The translations under genes and the position numbers were made by a program. 64,000 bases of DNA, from contig MU057947.1 in the NCBI GenBank assembly GCA_013265495.1, positions 878,048 through 942,047 of the forward strand, written 5' to 3'. Shown here in pieces: positions 25,531-39,516 of the stretch. The notes beneath the pieces were generated by a model, which was not told the DNA's origin, searched no databases, and worked only from the letters and a program-made list of their open reading frames with translations. The stretch's first letter is position 1, and every line of letters begins with the position of its first letter. This DNA is from Vicugna vicugna. Its lineage: Eukaryota.

Positions 25531-28057
25531 ATGCGGGTCATTGCACGCCTGAAGCCAGCAATGTCTCCAGACTCTCCAGGACAAGCCTCTTTTACCATTT
25601 GCTGCAGCGGTCATCAGAAAGTCCTGATTAAGATCTACCATCTCAAGCTCTGGCCCTGCTGAGGGCCACTGGGCAGCCTTCAGAGGTCCCCAGGCCAGTC
25701 TTCCGGCTGTCTTGTTCACATCCCCGCCGTGCTGCCCACCACCCTCACCGTCCACTGTTCCTCCTGACAGCTCGGCATCCACCCCTCCTCCCTCCCACCC
25801 TCTGCCCTCTCCCTGCCTCTTCTCGGAGGAGTTGGCTGGGTTCTCCTGCATTTGTAAAGCACGCGGGCATGTGAAGCTGACTTCCACGAAAGTCGGCATT
25901 GTCTCTTATGGACTTGGAATCCCCAGCCAGGGATTAGGGAAAACTGCCGGGCAGGTTCAGGGCAAGCTGGCCAGACAGGCGGGGAAGGTCCCCCCAGTGC
26001 AGGGGTTTTCAGGGTCTACAGAAAAGCGTCCACTCCGTCCCTGGTCACTGCCTCCTGGAGGCCCTGGAGAAGCTGGTGGACCCAGCACGGCAGCGTCTCT
26101 CCCAGCTCAGCCTTAGCCAAATGGCTCCAACGTCTGATTTTTAGCTCCAGACTAGGTCCTGCCCAGCCCTGCACAGAAAATGATTCCAAATGACAAACAC
26201 TAGCCTGGTGGCTTCCGAATGCCACCCTGGAGCCAAATGACCCCCATGTCATGGTGGTGGGGAGCAGACCTCCCCGGGTTTGCTGGGTTTATCCTTCACC
26301 TTTCCATGGGCAATTCCTTGCGCCCAGCTGGCCTCCAATGATGGGAGGGAAGGGAGACCTGGCCAATGAGTCGCTGCCCTGAGGTTTTTGGACCTGCAGC
26401 TCTGTTGGCTGAGGCAGACCCACCTGGGGGCTGTTGGCAGCACGTGGAGGAGGCCAGTCTGCAGTGAGAGTGGAGGAAGCCAACAGCCGAGTCGCCAAGT
26501 GAAGTGCGTGGGGAGGCAGCCGGAGGGTTGCCCCCGGATCCCTCGTCCAGGCCTGGCTCACTCTTGCTCTTCTAGTGGCTGGTGGCTCTTAGAGATGTCT
26601 CCAGATTCTTTCAATAAGCCTCCTTCTGCTTCCAGCTCCCCTTTGTTTTGCCCACTTGCAAATAAATGAATCCTCTTAAGCCCCATCAAGTCGATGCGCT
26701 CTAACTCGAGTGGTGGGAGGTCCCAGTGAAAGCAGTGAGGCAGGAAGGGGCCAGGGCCAGTCCCGGGGCTGCAGCCTGGCTGAGGCCAGAAGCACTGAGC
26801 CTCCCTTTGCACCCATGGTCCCGTGGTCCTGGGCTTGGTTTAGCTGTGCCTTCCTCACCCAGAGGAGAGGCACCTGCTTGTCTTCCATCTCCGGAGCGGC
26901 CTGCTCTGCCTGCTCTCCTCCGGGCATCCAAGGAAGACGGGGTGTCTGGGAGTTGGAGGGCTGGGCCAGCTGGATCTCTGCACCCTGAGACCATTAACGT
27001 GCAGAGAAATCCCCTCCCGAGCCCTTTCTTCAGAAAACACATGTGATTTTGTTAATATCACATGCTTCTTTGGGGTGTCACCAGGCTGAACTGGGGGGTG
27101 AATGATAAAGTCACTCCAAGCTGGGGCCAAGGGCACTGCTCTTTACAGCAAACTTCCTGTACAGGCTGAATGCTGTCCCCTCCAAATGCACGTCCCCACC
27201 CACATGCCCCTGCAGAGTATCTCCCTCTGTCGGCGGTTTCAACGAATGTTCATGGAGATTTTCCTCACTCTTTTGAAATGCATTTGGAAACGGTTGTGTT
27301 GCTGAGGCTGGGGGTTCCAAAGGCTCCCAATTACTGGAAGGTTCTCCCTAATTTGAAATGTTTTCCCCTCTAGCTCCCAAGAATTCATGCAAACGTTCCC
27401 AGTGTTCAGGTTTGGATCAGAGCTCCAGCGCCAACTGGTGCGGCGGGAGGAAGAGCGGGTAATTTAGGCTTTCCGTTAAGGTGATGAAAACCTCTCCGTG
27501 CACACTGAGATACACAAAAGGAGCAGGGGCTCGGCAGTCAGCAGCTGAAACCACCTCCTTGCGGGGCTCCAGTGAGAAACAGGCCTGTCCACCTCACGGA
27601 TGCACGGAGAAGGCCAGGCAGTGACATGCACAGCGGGTGACCACACGGAGCCAGGACTGGGCGCCTGAGGTCCACTGGGCTTCTCTCCTCCTCCAGCCGT
27701 GCTCCTGGGTGGAGAGAACCTGCCTGGGGACTTCCCCACATCTGTTGTTCATTGGCCATAGAGGAGGTCCTACGAAGCCCCAGACCACTGAGGATGAACA
27801 GTGTTCATGACCAGGACTCCAGCTCTAGTGGTCCAGGGCTCAGCGCTCGGAGCCAACTGGACAGAGGGAGGCAGGGGGCTGGTTGTGGTGGGAGGACATT
27901 GGCCGACCACATAGGCTGCGCCTCAGAACAGCAGGAGATTGGTGACACCCAGTGTCCTAACGCCTCACAGGACTGAGGGGTACTGAGTGAGGGGATGTCT
28001 ACATACTCTCCACCAAGCTTACAGCCTTGAGAATTAAGAGATCAAAGAAGAATGGTG

Positions 28058-28670
28058 TCTCACTCCTGGGCACGTGTTGGGAGAAAACTAATATGAAAAG
28101 ACACATGCAGCCCAATGTTCACAGCATCACTATTTATAACAGCCAAGACATGGAAGCAACCTACATGTCCATCGACAGGTGACTGGATAAAGATGTGATA
28201 GATGTATACAATGGAATACTACTCAGCCACAAAGAGGAATGAAATAATGACATTGCAGCAACATGGATGAACCTAGAGACGATACTAAGTGAAATCAAAG
28301 ACAAATATCATATGATATCACTTATATGAAGAATCTAAAAAATGATACAAATGAATTTATTTACAAATCAGAAAGAAACTCACAGACATAAAAAACAAAC
28401 TTACGGTTACCAAAGGGGAAAGAGGGGGAGGGATAAATTAGGAGTTCGGGATTTGCAGATACAAAGCACTATATATAAAACAGATAAACAAGCTCCTATG
28501 GAACAGCACAGGGAACTATATTCAATAACTTTAATAACCTATAATGGAAAAGAATCTGAAAAAGAACATATATATATATATATATATGTATGTGTATAAC
28601 TGAACCACTATGATTTACACCAGAAACTAATACAACATTGTAAATCAACTAGACTTCAATTTGAAAAAAG
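28058..28670 (+). mobile_element. L1 3' end with (TA)n at 28568-28587
   Basis: 'acagccaagacatggaagcaacc', 'caatggaatactactcagcc', and end 'caacattgtaaatcaactagacttcaatt'. Confidence 0.9.
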
Positions 28671-28674
28671 TAGA

Positions 28675-28885
28675 AAGGTGGTCCCCTGGGGCTGCAGGGT
28701 GAGGAAAAACTGGGGAGTTTGTTCATGGGTATAGAGTTCCAGTTCTGTAAGATGAATGGTTCCGGAGGTTGGTTGCACAACAGCATGAATATACTTAGCA
28801 CCACTGAAACGGGTAGATAAAAAGCACTTAAAAACCCTAAATTACACTGAAGATACTGAATTTTATTTTATGTATTTTACCACAG
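28675..28885 (+). mobile_element. L1MA/MB-like 3'UTR fragment
   Basis: 'gggtatagagttccagttctgtaagatgaa...gaatatacttagcaccactgaa...tatgtattttaccaca'. Confidence 0.75.
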
Positions 28886-28960
28886 TGAAAAATAAATTTA
28901 AAAAGAGCAAGGCCCAGCTGTAACAGCTATTTTAAATAAGTTACTTTAAAATAGCTACCC

Positions 28961-29078
28961 GTATAGCCCAGTGGTACAGCACATGCTCACCACACACAAG
29001 GTTCTGGGTTCAGTCCCCGGTCCCTCCACTTAAATAAGTAGATAAATAAACCAAATTACCTTCCCGCCACTTTTTTTT
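28961..29078 (+). mobile_element. tRNA-derived camelid-type SINE (vic-1-like)
   Basis: A box 'tagcccagtggta', B box 'gggttcagtccc', tail 'aaataaaccaaattacc'. Confidence 0.85.
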
Positions 29079-29884
29079 AAATTAAGTTACCTTAAGTGTG
29101 AAAACTCAGGCTGAGCATAAAGAGATGGGAAAGTACAGAAACCAGTAAGCACAGGAAAGCTGCAGTGGCTACATTAATATCAGACAAAATAGAACCCAAG
29201 GCAGCCCTGAAGGAGAAGGAGGAACATTTCACAATGACTGAAAAGTCATTCATCAGGAACTCTGGACTCTGGGCTCCTCATCAGAGCCCGCACACCAGTC
29301 ACCGGTCCGCAGGTAGTGGCCCTGCTGCCTCTTTTCTCCCGTCCCCGCGCCCCCAGGGCAGGCAGAGTGGTGGCTGTGTGCAGCCATCCCAGGGGGGACA
29401 GTCTCAGACGAGGGCAGAATTGCCCAAGTCACTCTCGCTCTGGCCAGGCAGTGCCTCCAGGAGGCACGGAGGTCCATGCTGTGAGACCTGGCCCTGCCCC
29501 CGGGCCCGCCACCAGCCTGCCCACTCAGGCTCGCTGCCCGCGCTCACAGACAGCATCCCGGGCTGCGATGCCCAGGAGACCCGAGGGGCTGAGTAGCGGC
29601 CCCAGGCTTGCCCAAGGAAAGGAGTTCCCGGGAACTGTGCCCTGGGAGGCAGCAAGGAGGAGGAGGGGAGTCTCAGCCCTTGGTCTAGGGTTTTCCTTCC
29701 CGTCTGTAGTCACGGCAGATGACGACATATGAGGAGTGGACAACATCCCGAGAGGGCTGGACCGCGGGGGCAGGGCTGTTATCATGAAAGCACAGTTGTC
29801 TGTCATCAGGGCTCAGTGCTCCAGGGCTCTGAGCGGGGTGGAGGGTGTGTGGACGGCGCCTCCCTCAGCGCTAGAGCTGTGATG

Positions 29885-30310
29885 GAATCACCCTGGCATC
29901 ATGTCTTCAAGGCTCATCCATGTGGTAGCTTGTGTCAGAGTTTCCTTTCTTTTTAAGTCTGAATGGTATTTCATCATCATATGTATCCACCACGTTTTGT
30001 GTGTCCATTCATCCATTGATGGACATGTGGGCGGCTGCCACCTTTTGGCTGCGTGAATGATGCTGCTACAAACACAGTGTACAAATGCCCTTCTCACCCC
30101 TGCTCTCCATTCTTTTTGGTATTTCCCCAGAAGTGGAGCTGCTGGGTCACATGGAATCTATTTTTAATTTCTGAGTAATTACCGTACTTTTTAATATAGC
30201 AGCCGCACCATTTTACAGTCCCAGCAATAGTGGACCAGAATTCCAATTTTTCCACATCCTTGCAACGTGTTATTTTCACATTTTTTGACTGGAGCATCCC
30301 GATGGGTATG
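29885..30310 (-). mobile_element. L1MB-like ORF2 end/3'UTR, antisense
   Basis: 'tccattcatccattgatggacatgtgggcggctgccacc' and 'gcagccgcaccattttacagtcccagcaatag'. Confidence 0.85.
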
Positions 30311-30324
30311 GGGAGGGTCTTGCT

Positions 30325-32040
30325 TTTTAAAATCCGCTCTGACCAACTCTGCCTTGTAGTTGGCGTGCTCGGGTCAGTAACGTTCAGTGTAATGTTGATG
30401 TGGTGAGCTTTAGGTGCGCTGGTGTATTATTTGTTTCCGGCTTGTCCCCTCTCTTTGGGGCTCCTCTGTTCCTCTTCTTCTGCCTTCTTCTGGATTATCT
30501 GAATATTTTTTTTAAATCCATCGTAATTATTATATTATGTCTTAGCTATACTTTGCGTTACACTATCAGCGGTTGCTTAGGGCTTACAATATGCACACCA
30601 CAAGTCCTTCACTTCTCAGTCTAGTTAGAGTTAGCGTTGCACCACCAGGTGTAAGATGTAGGAACCTTATTACTGTGTAAGTCCATGTGTCCCCCTCCAG
30701 TCCTTTCATCTGTAGTTGTCCTGGGCATTATATCCACATTCATAATAAACCCCAGAAGACAATGTTATAATTTTTCGCTTAGAACCATTTTTTGTATTTT
30801 AAAGAAAATAAGATTTTAAAATTCGTTTTTTTTATTTGCCCATGTATTTCCCAGTTTTGATACGCTTCATTACTTCTTTAAAATCTGAATTTCCTACTGG
30901 CATCATTTCCCTTCAAATAATTGCTTTCAGCATTTCTCATAAATGGCAACGACTTCTCTAGGTGTTATTTAATCTGAAAATATTTCCCTTTTTTGAAGTG
31001 CAGTGTCCCTGATTATAGACTCCGAGGGTGACAGGAGCACCAAACACACTGTTCCACTGCCTTCTGGCCTCCATAGTTTCTGATGAGAAGTCTGCCGTCG
31101 CTCAGATCCTGCTCTTCGTGTACGATGTGTGTGGTGTTTCCTTTGACTGCTTCACGCATTTCCCGTCTTTTGATTTTCAGCAGCTTGATTATGATGCTTA
31201 GACATGGTTTCATTTACATTTATCCTGTTTGGGGTTCACTGAGCTTTTTGAAACTCAAATGTATGTGTCTTACCGAACTTAGGAAATTTCTTGGCTACTA
31301 TAACTTTGAATACTTTCCCTTCTACATTCTCTGTTTCCTCTCCTCTTGGGACCCAAATTGAGCATGGGTTAGAACTTTTGAGATTGTCCCACAGGCTGCC
31401 AGGGCCCTCTTCATTATTTTCAATCTGTTTTCTCTCTCTTCTTCAGACTGCATCACTGATATTCATCTTTATTGAAATTCACTGACTCTTTCATCTACTT
31501 TCTCCAGTCTGGTAATAAGCCAATTCCCTGAATTTTTATTTTCAAATATTGTATTTTTTTAGTTCTAGAATTTCTATTTGGTTCTGATTTTTATAATTTT
31601 TATTTCTTATCTCTTTTTTCACTGCCAGCATATTTTCCTTTACTTAATGGAGTATAGTTACAGTATCTTCTTTGAAATCCTTGTCTTTTAATTCCAGCAT
31701 CTTGGGGTCATCTCAGGATTGCTCTCAGCTGATGGACTTTTCTCTTGAGACTGGGTCACATTTTCCTGGATTTTTTTTTTTTAATATCATGCAATTTTTG
31801 TTGTTCCCTGAGTATCATGTGTCGGGAATGGCATATTGCAGAGATTCGGGAGTCAGTTCTAATCCTCCAGAGAATGTTGACTTCCTGTTTTGGTAGGCAA
31901 TTAACATGATTGGACTTAAACTGCAAACTCTGGGTCTTCAGTATCAGCTCAAATCACAGTGCAGATCTTTTATTTTAGCTAAATTGCTTTGGGTCTGCCT
32001 ATAAGCATGTGTAGTTCAGGGATCAGGCAGAGAATTGGGT
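30325..32040 (-). mobile_element. Old L1M ORF1/inter-ORF region, antisense
   Basis: 'ttccactgccttctggcctccatagtttctgatgagaagtctgc' and 'tatcctgtttggggttcactgagct'. Confidence 0.8.
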
Positions 32041-32286
32041 AGAGGTTTTTCTTTTTGTGCAGAGTTTTTCATTTTTATTTGCAAGAGGACTAGGTCCAGT
32101 AGAAGTTTACTTGGCTGTACCCATATACTTACTTCTAATGCACAGGTGCTTTTTCTTCTATCCCAAAGCTGGGAGGACTCTGAGCAGGTGACTTGGTGAC
32201 AGGTAGAAGTGCCTTCAGAAGAGATTAAGGAATAAAAGGCCAACTCTCTCTAGGCTGAGGACAGAGGCAGCTCTGAGAAACCCTGC

Positions 32287-32655
32287 CTGTATTAGTTTGC
32301 TCAAGCTGCCACCTCCACGTGGCTTAAACAACAGAAATTTATTTTCTCACAGTTCTAGAAGTCCAAAAGCAAGGTGTCAGCGGGGTTGGTCTGTCCTGAG
32401 GCCTCTCTCTCTGGCACGTAGATGGTGGTCCTCTTCCTGTGTCTTCACACTGTTTTCCTCTGTGTGTGTCTGTGTCTTAACCTCTCCTTATAAGGAAAAT
32501 AGCCGTATTGGATGGGGACCCACCCTAATGACCTCATTTAACCCTGAACACCTTTAAAGGGTCTATCTCCAAATACAGTCACATTCTGAGTTACTGGCAG
32601 TTAGGACCTCAACATGTAAATTTGCCAGGGGGTGGGGGGACAATTCATCACATAG
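32287..32655 (-). mobile_element. MLT1A-like solo LTR
   Basis: 'tgtattagtttgctc...ggcttaaacaacagaaatttattttctcacagttctaga...tctccaaatacagtcacattctgag'. Confidence 0.9.
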
Positions 32656-35600
32656 CACTGCCCTTCAAAGGCTGAGGTCTGCCCTCTCTTAAAAGACTGT
32701 AATGAGTTCAGTTGATCCACCCAGTGATGCCCATGTTATTCCCATATTCTGATGAGAAAACTGAGGCTCTGGAAGATGCAGTCATGGACCTACTGAGTGG
32801 CACATCTGGTACCCACTTCCCATGTCAGCTTGTCTGACCAGGCACCCATTTTGGGTTTTGGGCTCTGGTACTCCAAGCCCAGTAGGTCATGGGCACAGAC
32901 CTCAGGACCTCCCATCATAGGACAGAAGTACTGATTGGGGCAGACCCCATGTTGGATGGAGGGGGTGGTTCTGTGGGCCCTGTCTGCAGCTCAGCACTGC
33001 CTCCTGGCAGCCCCAGTAGCAAGACCCAGAGGCAGGCAGCTCTCTCCCCAGGCCCCCAACACGAGGGCCTGAGCATTTCTAAAAGCCCTACCTGGTGCCT
33101 CACCTGAGAGGAGGGCTCCTCCCTCATCACCATGGCTGTGCGGTGCTGCGAGCATCCCACGTTACAGCGGTGTGCGTTTGACAACCTGCCGGAGAAGCAG
33201 ACATGGCTCCACGTGGGTGTGAATCACTGTAGGGTGTCTGAGTCCCCAGAGTATGGCATGGCTGCCAGGCAGGTGTGCAGCCCATGTCAGGGCACCCTGC
33301 TCCGTGCCATTCTCTCCAAGCAGACCAGGTAGGGCTCCCAGAGAACGGTGGTGCCGAGCAGAATCTACAGTTCTTCCTGGAGCATCCAGCTTCCCATACG
33401 TGTCTCTTCCCACCAAGGACTGCCATGGAAATGAAAACTTCTAGGGACACGCCCTGCGTGGCATGCCGTTGGCTCTTCCGAGGTGCAGCTACAAGATGAA
33501 GCGACACTTAAAATGAACAGAATTGGAACGTTTGGGAAAACCTGGCTTCAAGGTCATTTTAAAGTAGAGTGATACTGAAGAGCACGGCACCGGGAACTGA
33601 GGCATGGACCCGCCGGGGCTGCCAGAAAGCCTGGGAGAGTGGGGGGACAGGTAGAAAGGCTGCTGGCTGCGGAGTGCTCCACAGCTATGTTGCTGGCTCA
33701 TTTTAACGACCAAGAACGTTTTTAAAGGAGCACTGCTACTTTCTTCCAGCTTGATTCATGCAGTGGTATTGATGCAGTACATTCATGCAATTTGCCGCAA
33801 TTACACCGTCTAGGGAACAGCTTGGCAACCCACTAATCCCCTGGTAAAGTATTTGATAAACAAATTCAGAGAAGGACCCCTCGCAATCCTGTTTCACCAG
33901 CTCCCCTTTTACAAAAGGAGTCAGACCGCTTGACCTCCCAGAAAGAGGCGACTGGCTCTGTCCTCCGCCTGAGAGCCTGCCCTCCCCACTGTCCAGCCAT
34001 CCCCCACGGGGGGAGGTACCACGCACCTGCACGGGCATCATGCCACCAGGTAACTGTAGCCTGACATGTTGCCTAGTGTGGGGTCACAACAGGGAGATGT
34101 GCAATTAAAGGGACAAAAATACCCCAAGGAAATCAACACGGGACTTATTAATACCAGACCCACAGGTGACAACTGTCAGACAATCGGTCAACAAGGGGCC
34201 CCGTGTCTGCGTGATCCTGGCTAACCCATTATGATCTTTATGAAGTGTCCTTCTGGGGGGTCTGGATCCTCAGATATGAGGGGAAGCCCCTTCCCTTTTA
34301 TTAGCAGCTAAGCTCTTTATACTTTGACCATATTGCAGCAGGTTAGAAGTCTAAGCTTTATTGTCTTATGTTATTGAAAATCCAGATTCCGGCAGCCTTC
34401 CCCCTCAGGTCACGCTTTGTCTGCGAATACATTCTCATTTTTCCATGTACAGAGACCGTCTGGAGAGAGGCAGAAAAAGATTAGGACTGTAATATACTTA
34501 AATCCAATTTATTTGCCTGGCCAGAAACTTCCACCTTCCACAATTGCTTCCTACCCAAGATGTTGTCTTTAATGCTTTGGTGACAGGAAGAAACACGGGG
34601 TGCGGGCTCCCAAGCAGGTGCGGGCGCAGAGACAGGGCCTGGGTCCTGAGGCATCCAGGCCAGTGGGGACAGGAGGGCCCGGGGGCTGTCCAGCCACAGA
34701 CCGCAGTTGCTGGTTCAGAACTTCTCCTTGGTTTATGAGGAATAAATCTGCAGCACAGGGTGTTCACCGGAAGAGAAGCGTTCATTAGAGAACGGCATGT
34801 CCCGAGAAGCTGGCTGGCCCCCGGTCCTGGCCACAGCCGCTCACTCGCACATTCTGTCCCCTTGGAGCGGCTGTCCGCTGGCCCGGCGCCCGCCCAGGTG
34901 CCCGCCCCAGGCCGGGTGGTCCCCCCAGCCGCAGCCAAGGTCTGTCTGTGGAAGCACGCCCTCCGGACTGTGCCTCTGGACGCAGGCAGGAAGCCAGGGA
35001 GGGAAACAAACGATCAGGGGGGATTATTTTGTTAATTAGCGTTTGCTCAGTTTAAATGATGGGACCCTGCGGCCTGGCAGGGCACGGGGAGGGGGGAGGT
35101 GCAGGGGAGGTGCGGGCAGCCTCCTGGAGGGCGCCCAACCTCTGCCCAGACCCCTCTCCATCCCCCGCCCAGCAGAACTTGGTCAGGGGCCTGCCTTGGC
35201 CTTGGACCACCCAGCTCATGAACTCGGGCCTGGCTGCCGACCTACGTCTGTCCAGTGTGGCTCAGAGCGCAACCACTGAGCACCGACTGTGTACGCTCTT
35301 CCACGCCAGGCCTTGCAAAGGGAGGAGGCAAAGAGGCAGCCCAGAGGGAAGTGATGAACTGGGGCCTCTGAGCTCAGGGCAGGGGGGCGGGACCCGGGGG
35401 CAGAGCCCCGGCTGGCAGGGAGCACCCAGGGAGGAGCTTGAGAGACGCTGCACAGAGTGACGAGCTGGGGCCGGTTTGCCTGGAACGTTGTTCCTGTGAG
35501 CACTGAAAGTCACAGATGCCAGGACACCCTCAGCTGCAGGCAAACCAGGACACCTGGTCTCCGTGGCAGCCAGAGGCCCAGCGCAGTGCTGCTCTGTCGC

Positions 35601-37509
35601 CCCTGCGTGACACTGAAAGTCAGCTCACAGTCTGTGCCTGTCTCCTCACCTACACACCGTGGACGACAAGAAGGACGCCTTTACCTCTAGGAAACCTCAT
35701 GGCTTCTCATACACACTTTGGTTTGGGTCCATGGCCTTCCCCAAGGCATTTTGGATGTTTTTAAGGAAGACAGTGGTTACCATCAGTCTGCTGTCCCCAG
35801 AGAGCCAACGGGCACGGTCCATTCAGAGATGGGTCAAACTGCACTGCATCGATGGTGCAGAGTTTGAGGTAAGAAACTGGCTTGCCTGGGAGGCTGGCTC
35901 CAAAGTCAGCAGTAGGAGGCCTGGAAGCTCCAATCTTTTGGCAACTTAGATGGTAAGGGTGCTCTGGGCTGGGACCCCTGTCCTCTGCCTCTCTCCCTTT
36001 TCATGGGGTGAGCATGAGAGCAGACACATCAGTGGGGACACAAGGAGCTGGTGCTGGAGCAGCCTGAGCCTGGGTGCCACCTCTCTAAGGGAATGCTGGG
36101 AAACTCAGCTTCTAGTAGCACCAGCAGGCCTGGGTCCCTGCACCCCCAGCCTCCAATCCCTTGTGAGCTAAATCACCCGTGCCTGCTGCCAGGCTGTCCA
36201 CAAAGAGCTACCATGACTGTCCTGTGACATCTGCTGGTCCCCACTGTGCTGCTGTGCAAGGCACAGGGGACTACGTGGGTCTCTCTGAGGTGAAGGTCAT
36301 GTCAAGGCTCCTTTTGCAAAACATCTCAGAAAGTGGGTCATTTGGTTCATGGATATCAAATTCTGTATCGGCATCCAACTCTTTCCCCTCATTGGAAATA
36401 AGACAGCAATGAAAGTCTTTGGTGGTTCTCCCCTGGCCCACCCCCACCCTGCCTGCCTCCGATGGAAGAGCACCTTAATCAAAAGGACAGAAGGAGAAGA
36501 GACCACGGGAGTGGAGCTGGAGGCCCAGCGAGAGGGGGCCCCAAGGGCCATGGTGGGGAGGGGTGCTTTGGGAAACTGCGCCGGCCTCCTCGTCCAGGGC
36601 ACCGTTCCTGGGTGCAAGCCAACATGCAAAGGGAAGCTTGGGCCCTGGTCAGGACCCACCGCCACTCCCAGACCTCTGGGAGGCCCTGGTGGGTGAGGAT
36701 GCTTCACTGTCCAGTATGCCGTCATCACCCAAGGGCAGCGTCTGGGAAGTCGGTTCCACTTTGAAGGAGACAAGACTCCCAGGCTGGCATCTTGCCAGGG
36801 AGACGCTGAGTTCAAGACAGGTCATCCCAAGCACAGGTGGCTTCCACGAACCTGAATCTGAGGGCCGCTGACAGGTGTCACGGTCCCCACACAGGACGTC
36901 CGACCCCAGAAGGGAAAGAAGACAGTGGTCCCTTTTGGTAGGCTCAGAAGGCAGCTTTGGGCAGAAATCTGTGCACAGAATTGATTCTTAGGAGAGTGAC
37001 AAGTGGAGCGAAGAGCAGGAACAGTTCACAAATAGATTTTGCCAAACTGTCTTCCAAAGTGACCGTAACACTGTTCACTGCTACCAACAGGGACAAAGTG
37101 CCTACCTTCCAACATCTTCACCAGCACCGTTAGGTTTTTAAAAAATTCTTACCAACCTGATAGTAAGATTTGATTTGCATTTTTAAACCTACGGGTTTTA
37201 GCATTTTTTGCTGCGGCAAAAACTCAGAATCAACCCAAGTGTCTATCACCGGGGTACCAGCTCTGTGAATTATGGCTCTTGTAGTCAGTGTAATCACACA
37301 TGGCTCTCAAAACAACGGGCCAGACCCGTGTTGATGAGCTGTGTTCACAGGAAAGACCTCCAAGACTCAGTGTTAGGTGAAATGGAAAGTTAAAATAAAC
37401 AATGCATATAAACATGTAACTATTGTCTGTAATAATGCAAATAAATATGTAATATAAATATATGTGTATAAAATATAAGTATATATAATAAATAAATATA
37501 AAAATAAAT

Positions 37510-37745
37510 TAGGGACTGGATACTAACAGATACACACTACCATATATAAAGCAGATAAACAACAAGACCTACTGTAGAACACAGGGAACTACATTCAATG
37601 TCTTGTAATAACATATAATAGCAAATAATCTGAAAAGGAAATATACATATGCATGTATATGTGTAAGTGAATTGCTTTGCTAATCACCTGAAACTAACAT
37701 TGTAGATCAACCACACTTCAATAAAAATTTTTTTAAAAAAGAAAA
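37510..37745 (+). mobile_element. L1 3' end among old L1ME fragments (about 37030-37850), preceded by AT-rich low-complexity DNA
   Basis: 'agataaacaacaagacctactgtagaacacagggaactacattcaa...acttcaataaaaa'. Confidence 0.85.
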
Positions 37746-39516
37746 TGGAAGTTGTAGGAATTTTGTGTATGGCTGTAACGGGCTCTGTACGCAGGCACAC
37801 CTCCCCACACCTGCAGCTGCACTCACGTGTGCACACATGCACACTCACACACCCTTCCCAGGCGGACGCATCCGTGGGCATCAGGCAGGAAGACAGAAGA
37901 TGGAGCCGGCCCAGCGTGAGGGTGGCTGTGGCTTCCCGGCTCTTAGCGCTGGACTCACAGAGTGCGCGGTGTCCCCGGGTAGACGGGAAGGTCCTCCTGC
38001 AAGTGTTAACCCGTAGGGCAGTTTGGATGGAGCTAAGTTAACTGATCAAGGAAATAAATTAGAAAGCGCAAAATCTGCTAATCGGATTGAATTTTTATTC
38101 TTAGAAGAGCCCGTAGATGGATGAGTATCGTGATCCTGTCACCGGCCCACGGCGTGGACGTGCTGAGTCCTAGTGCCTGTCCCGCAGGGGGCTGGCCAGG
38201 CCTGCGGTCCCCCCCGCCTCCACACATCAGCCTTTGTCTCTCCTGCGCCTCTTCCCACTGGGCTCCGGGGGTCACTAGGCCGTGGGTGAGGGGGCACTGC
38301 CTGTCCAGGTGAACAAGACCCACCCCTGGAGGAAGTTTCGGACCCCCACCCAGAAGGTCTGGTTGTTCAGGAGGGCTGGGGCCAGCTCGGTCTGCCCAGG
38401 CCTGGCTTGTGGGGGCTCCCACGGCGTTTTCCAGTGGGACGGGCTGTGGGAGGGGCATCTGGCCGTGAAGTGGCCCTCACAGCTTCCGCCCTGCTGCACA
38501 TCAGGTGACTAATGGGCTCCCAAACCACTGAGATTGTGACTGGCCTCCACGGAGCCAGGCGGCACTGCCAGTGCATCTGAGAGCAGAAGGGAAACTGTAC
38601 GTGTCAAGTGTCAGCCTGTCCAACCAGCAGGTAATTCAAACGGCATGGGCCCCACCTGTGCGCGCCGACGACAGGGAGCGCGACAGCCCTCATGTCCTCC
38701 GACACCAGACTCCGCGTTTCTGCAGCCCCTCGGGCCGGCATCACTCACTTACAAACCACCACACAACACTGCGGGTAGCAGCGTGAAGACCTTTATTCCA
38801 GGAACGTTTTTATTCTGTGGGATTTTCATCTGAAGCAAGAGGCTTCAGAAAAATAAGCACAGACAAGGAGGTGTGATTGGGCGGTCACAGCATGTCCAGT
38901 CACACTCACACTGGTGGAGATGAAGTCACAACTCGGAAAGTCACAGCACGTGACACCGGCGGGGCTCGTGTCCGTCAGTGGCGGGGATCATGGATGCAAA
39001 GGCGAGGTGGCCTACTCTAAGCCTATCGAATGTGCTTCCCCACACTCCCAGGCAGACTGACACAGCAGTCTGACACAACTAAGCTGGCGAGTAGATTCTG
39101 CAAAACACATTTTCCCGGGAAACCCAGTTGCGCCTGCTTTGTTTTCCCGGGCAGTGCCCATCATTTGCTGACACTACATGCATTGGGCTTAGGCTGTTTG
39201 GGCGGAAAGGTTGTGCGCCTTCATCCAACAGGGGTGGGATGAGAGTGCCCCAGGGGATCCGGTGGGGAAGGGGCCGGAGTGGGCACCCTTGGGTCCCGTG
39301 CTCGCTGGGCGGCGCTGCCTTCCCCCAGCTTGGTGCCGCTGCCCCTCCCAGGACCCGCCCCAGGGGCCCCGCCTGCAGTCCATACAGCTGAAGGCAGGCG
39401 TTCAGGGGTTCCCACCACAATTTATTTTAATTATGTGTGACGTAAAAAGACCACCTACGGATGAGACGATGCTGCCATAAGAGTCTCGAGGTTACTGTGG
39501 GGAACACTTCACAACC

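Noticed and set aside
25132..25899. 255-aa ORF
   Set aside because: Artefact of reading through the N gap and MER58/SINE sequence.
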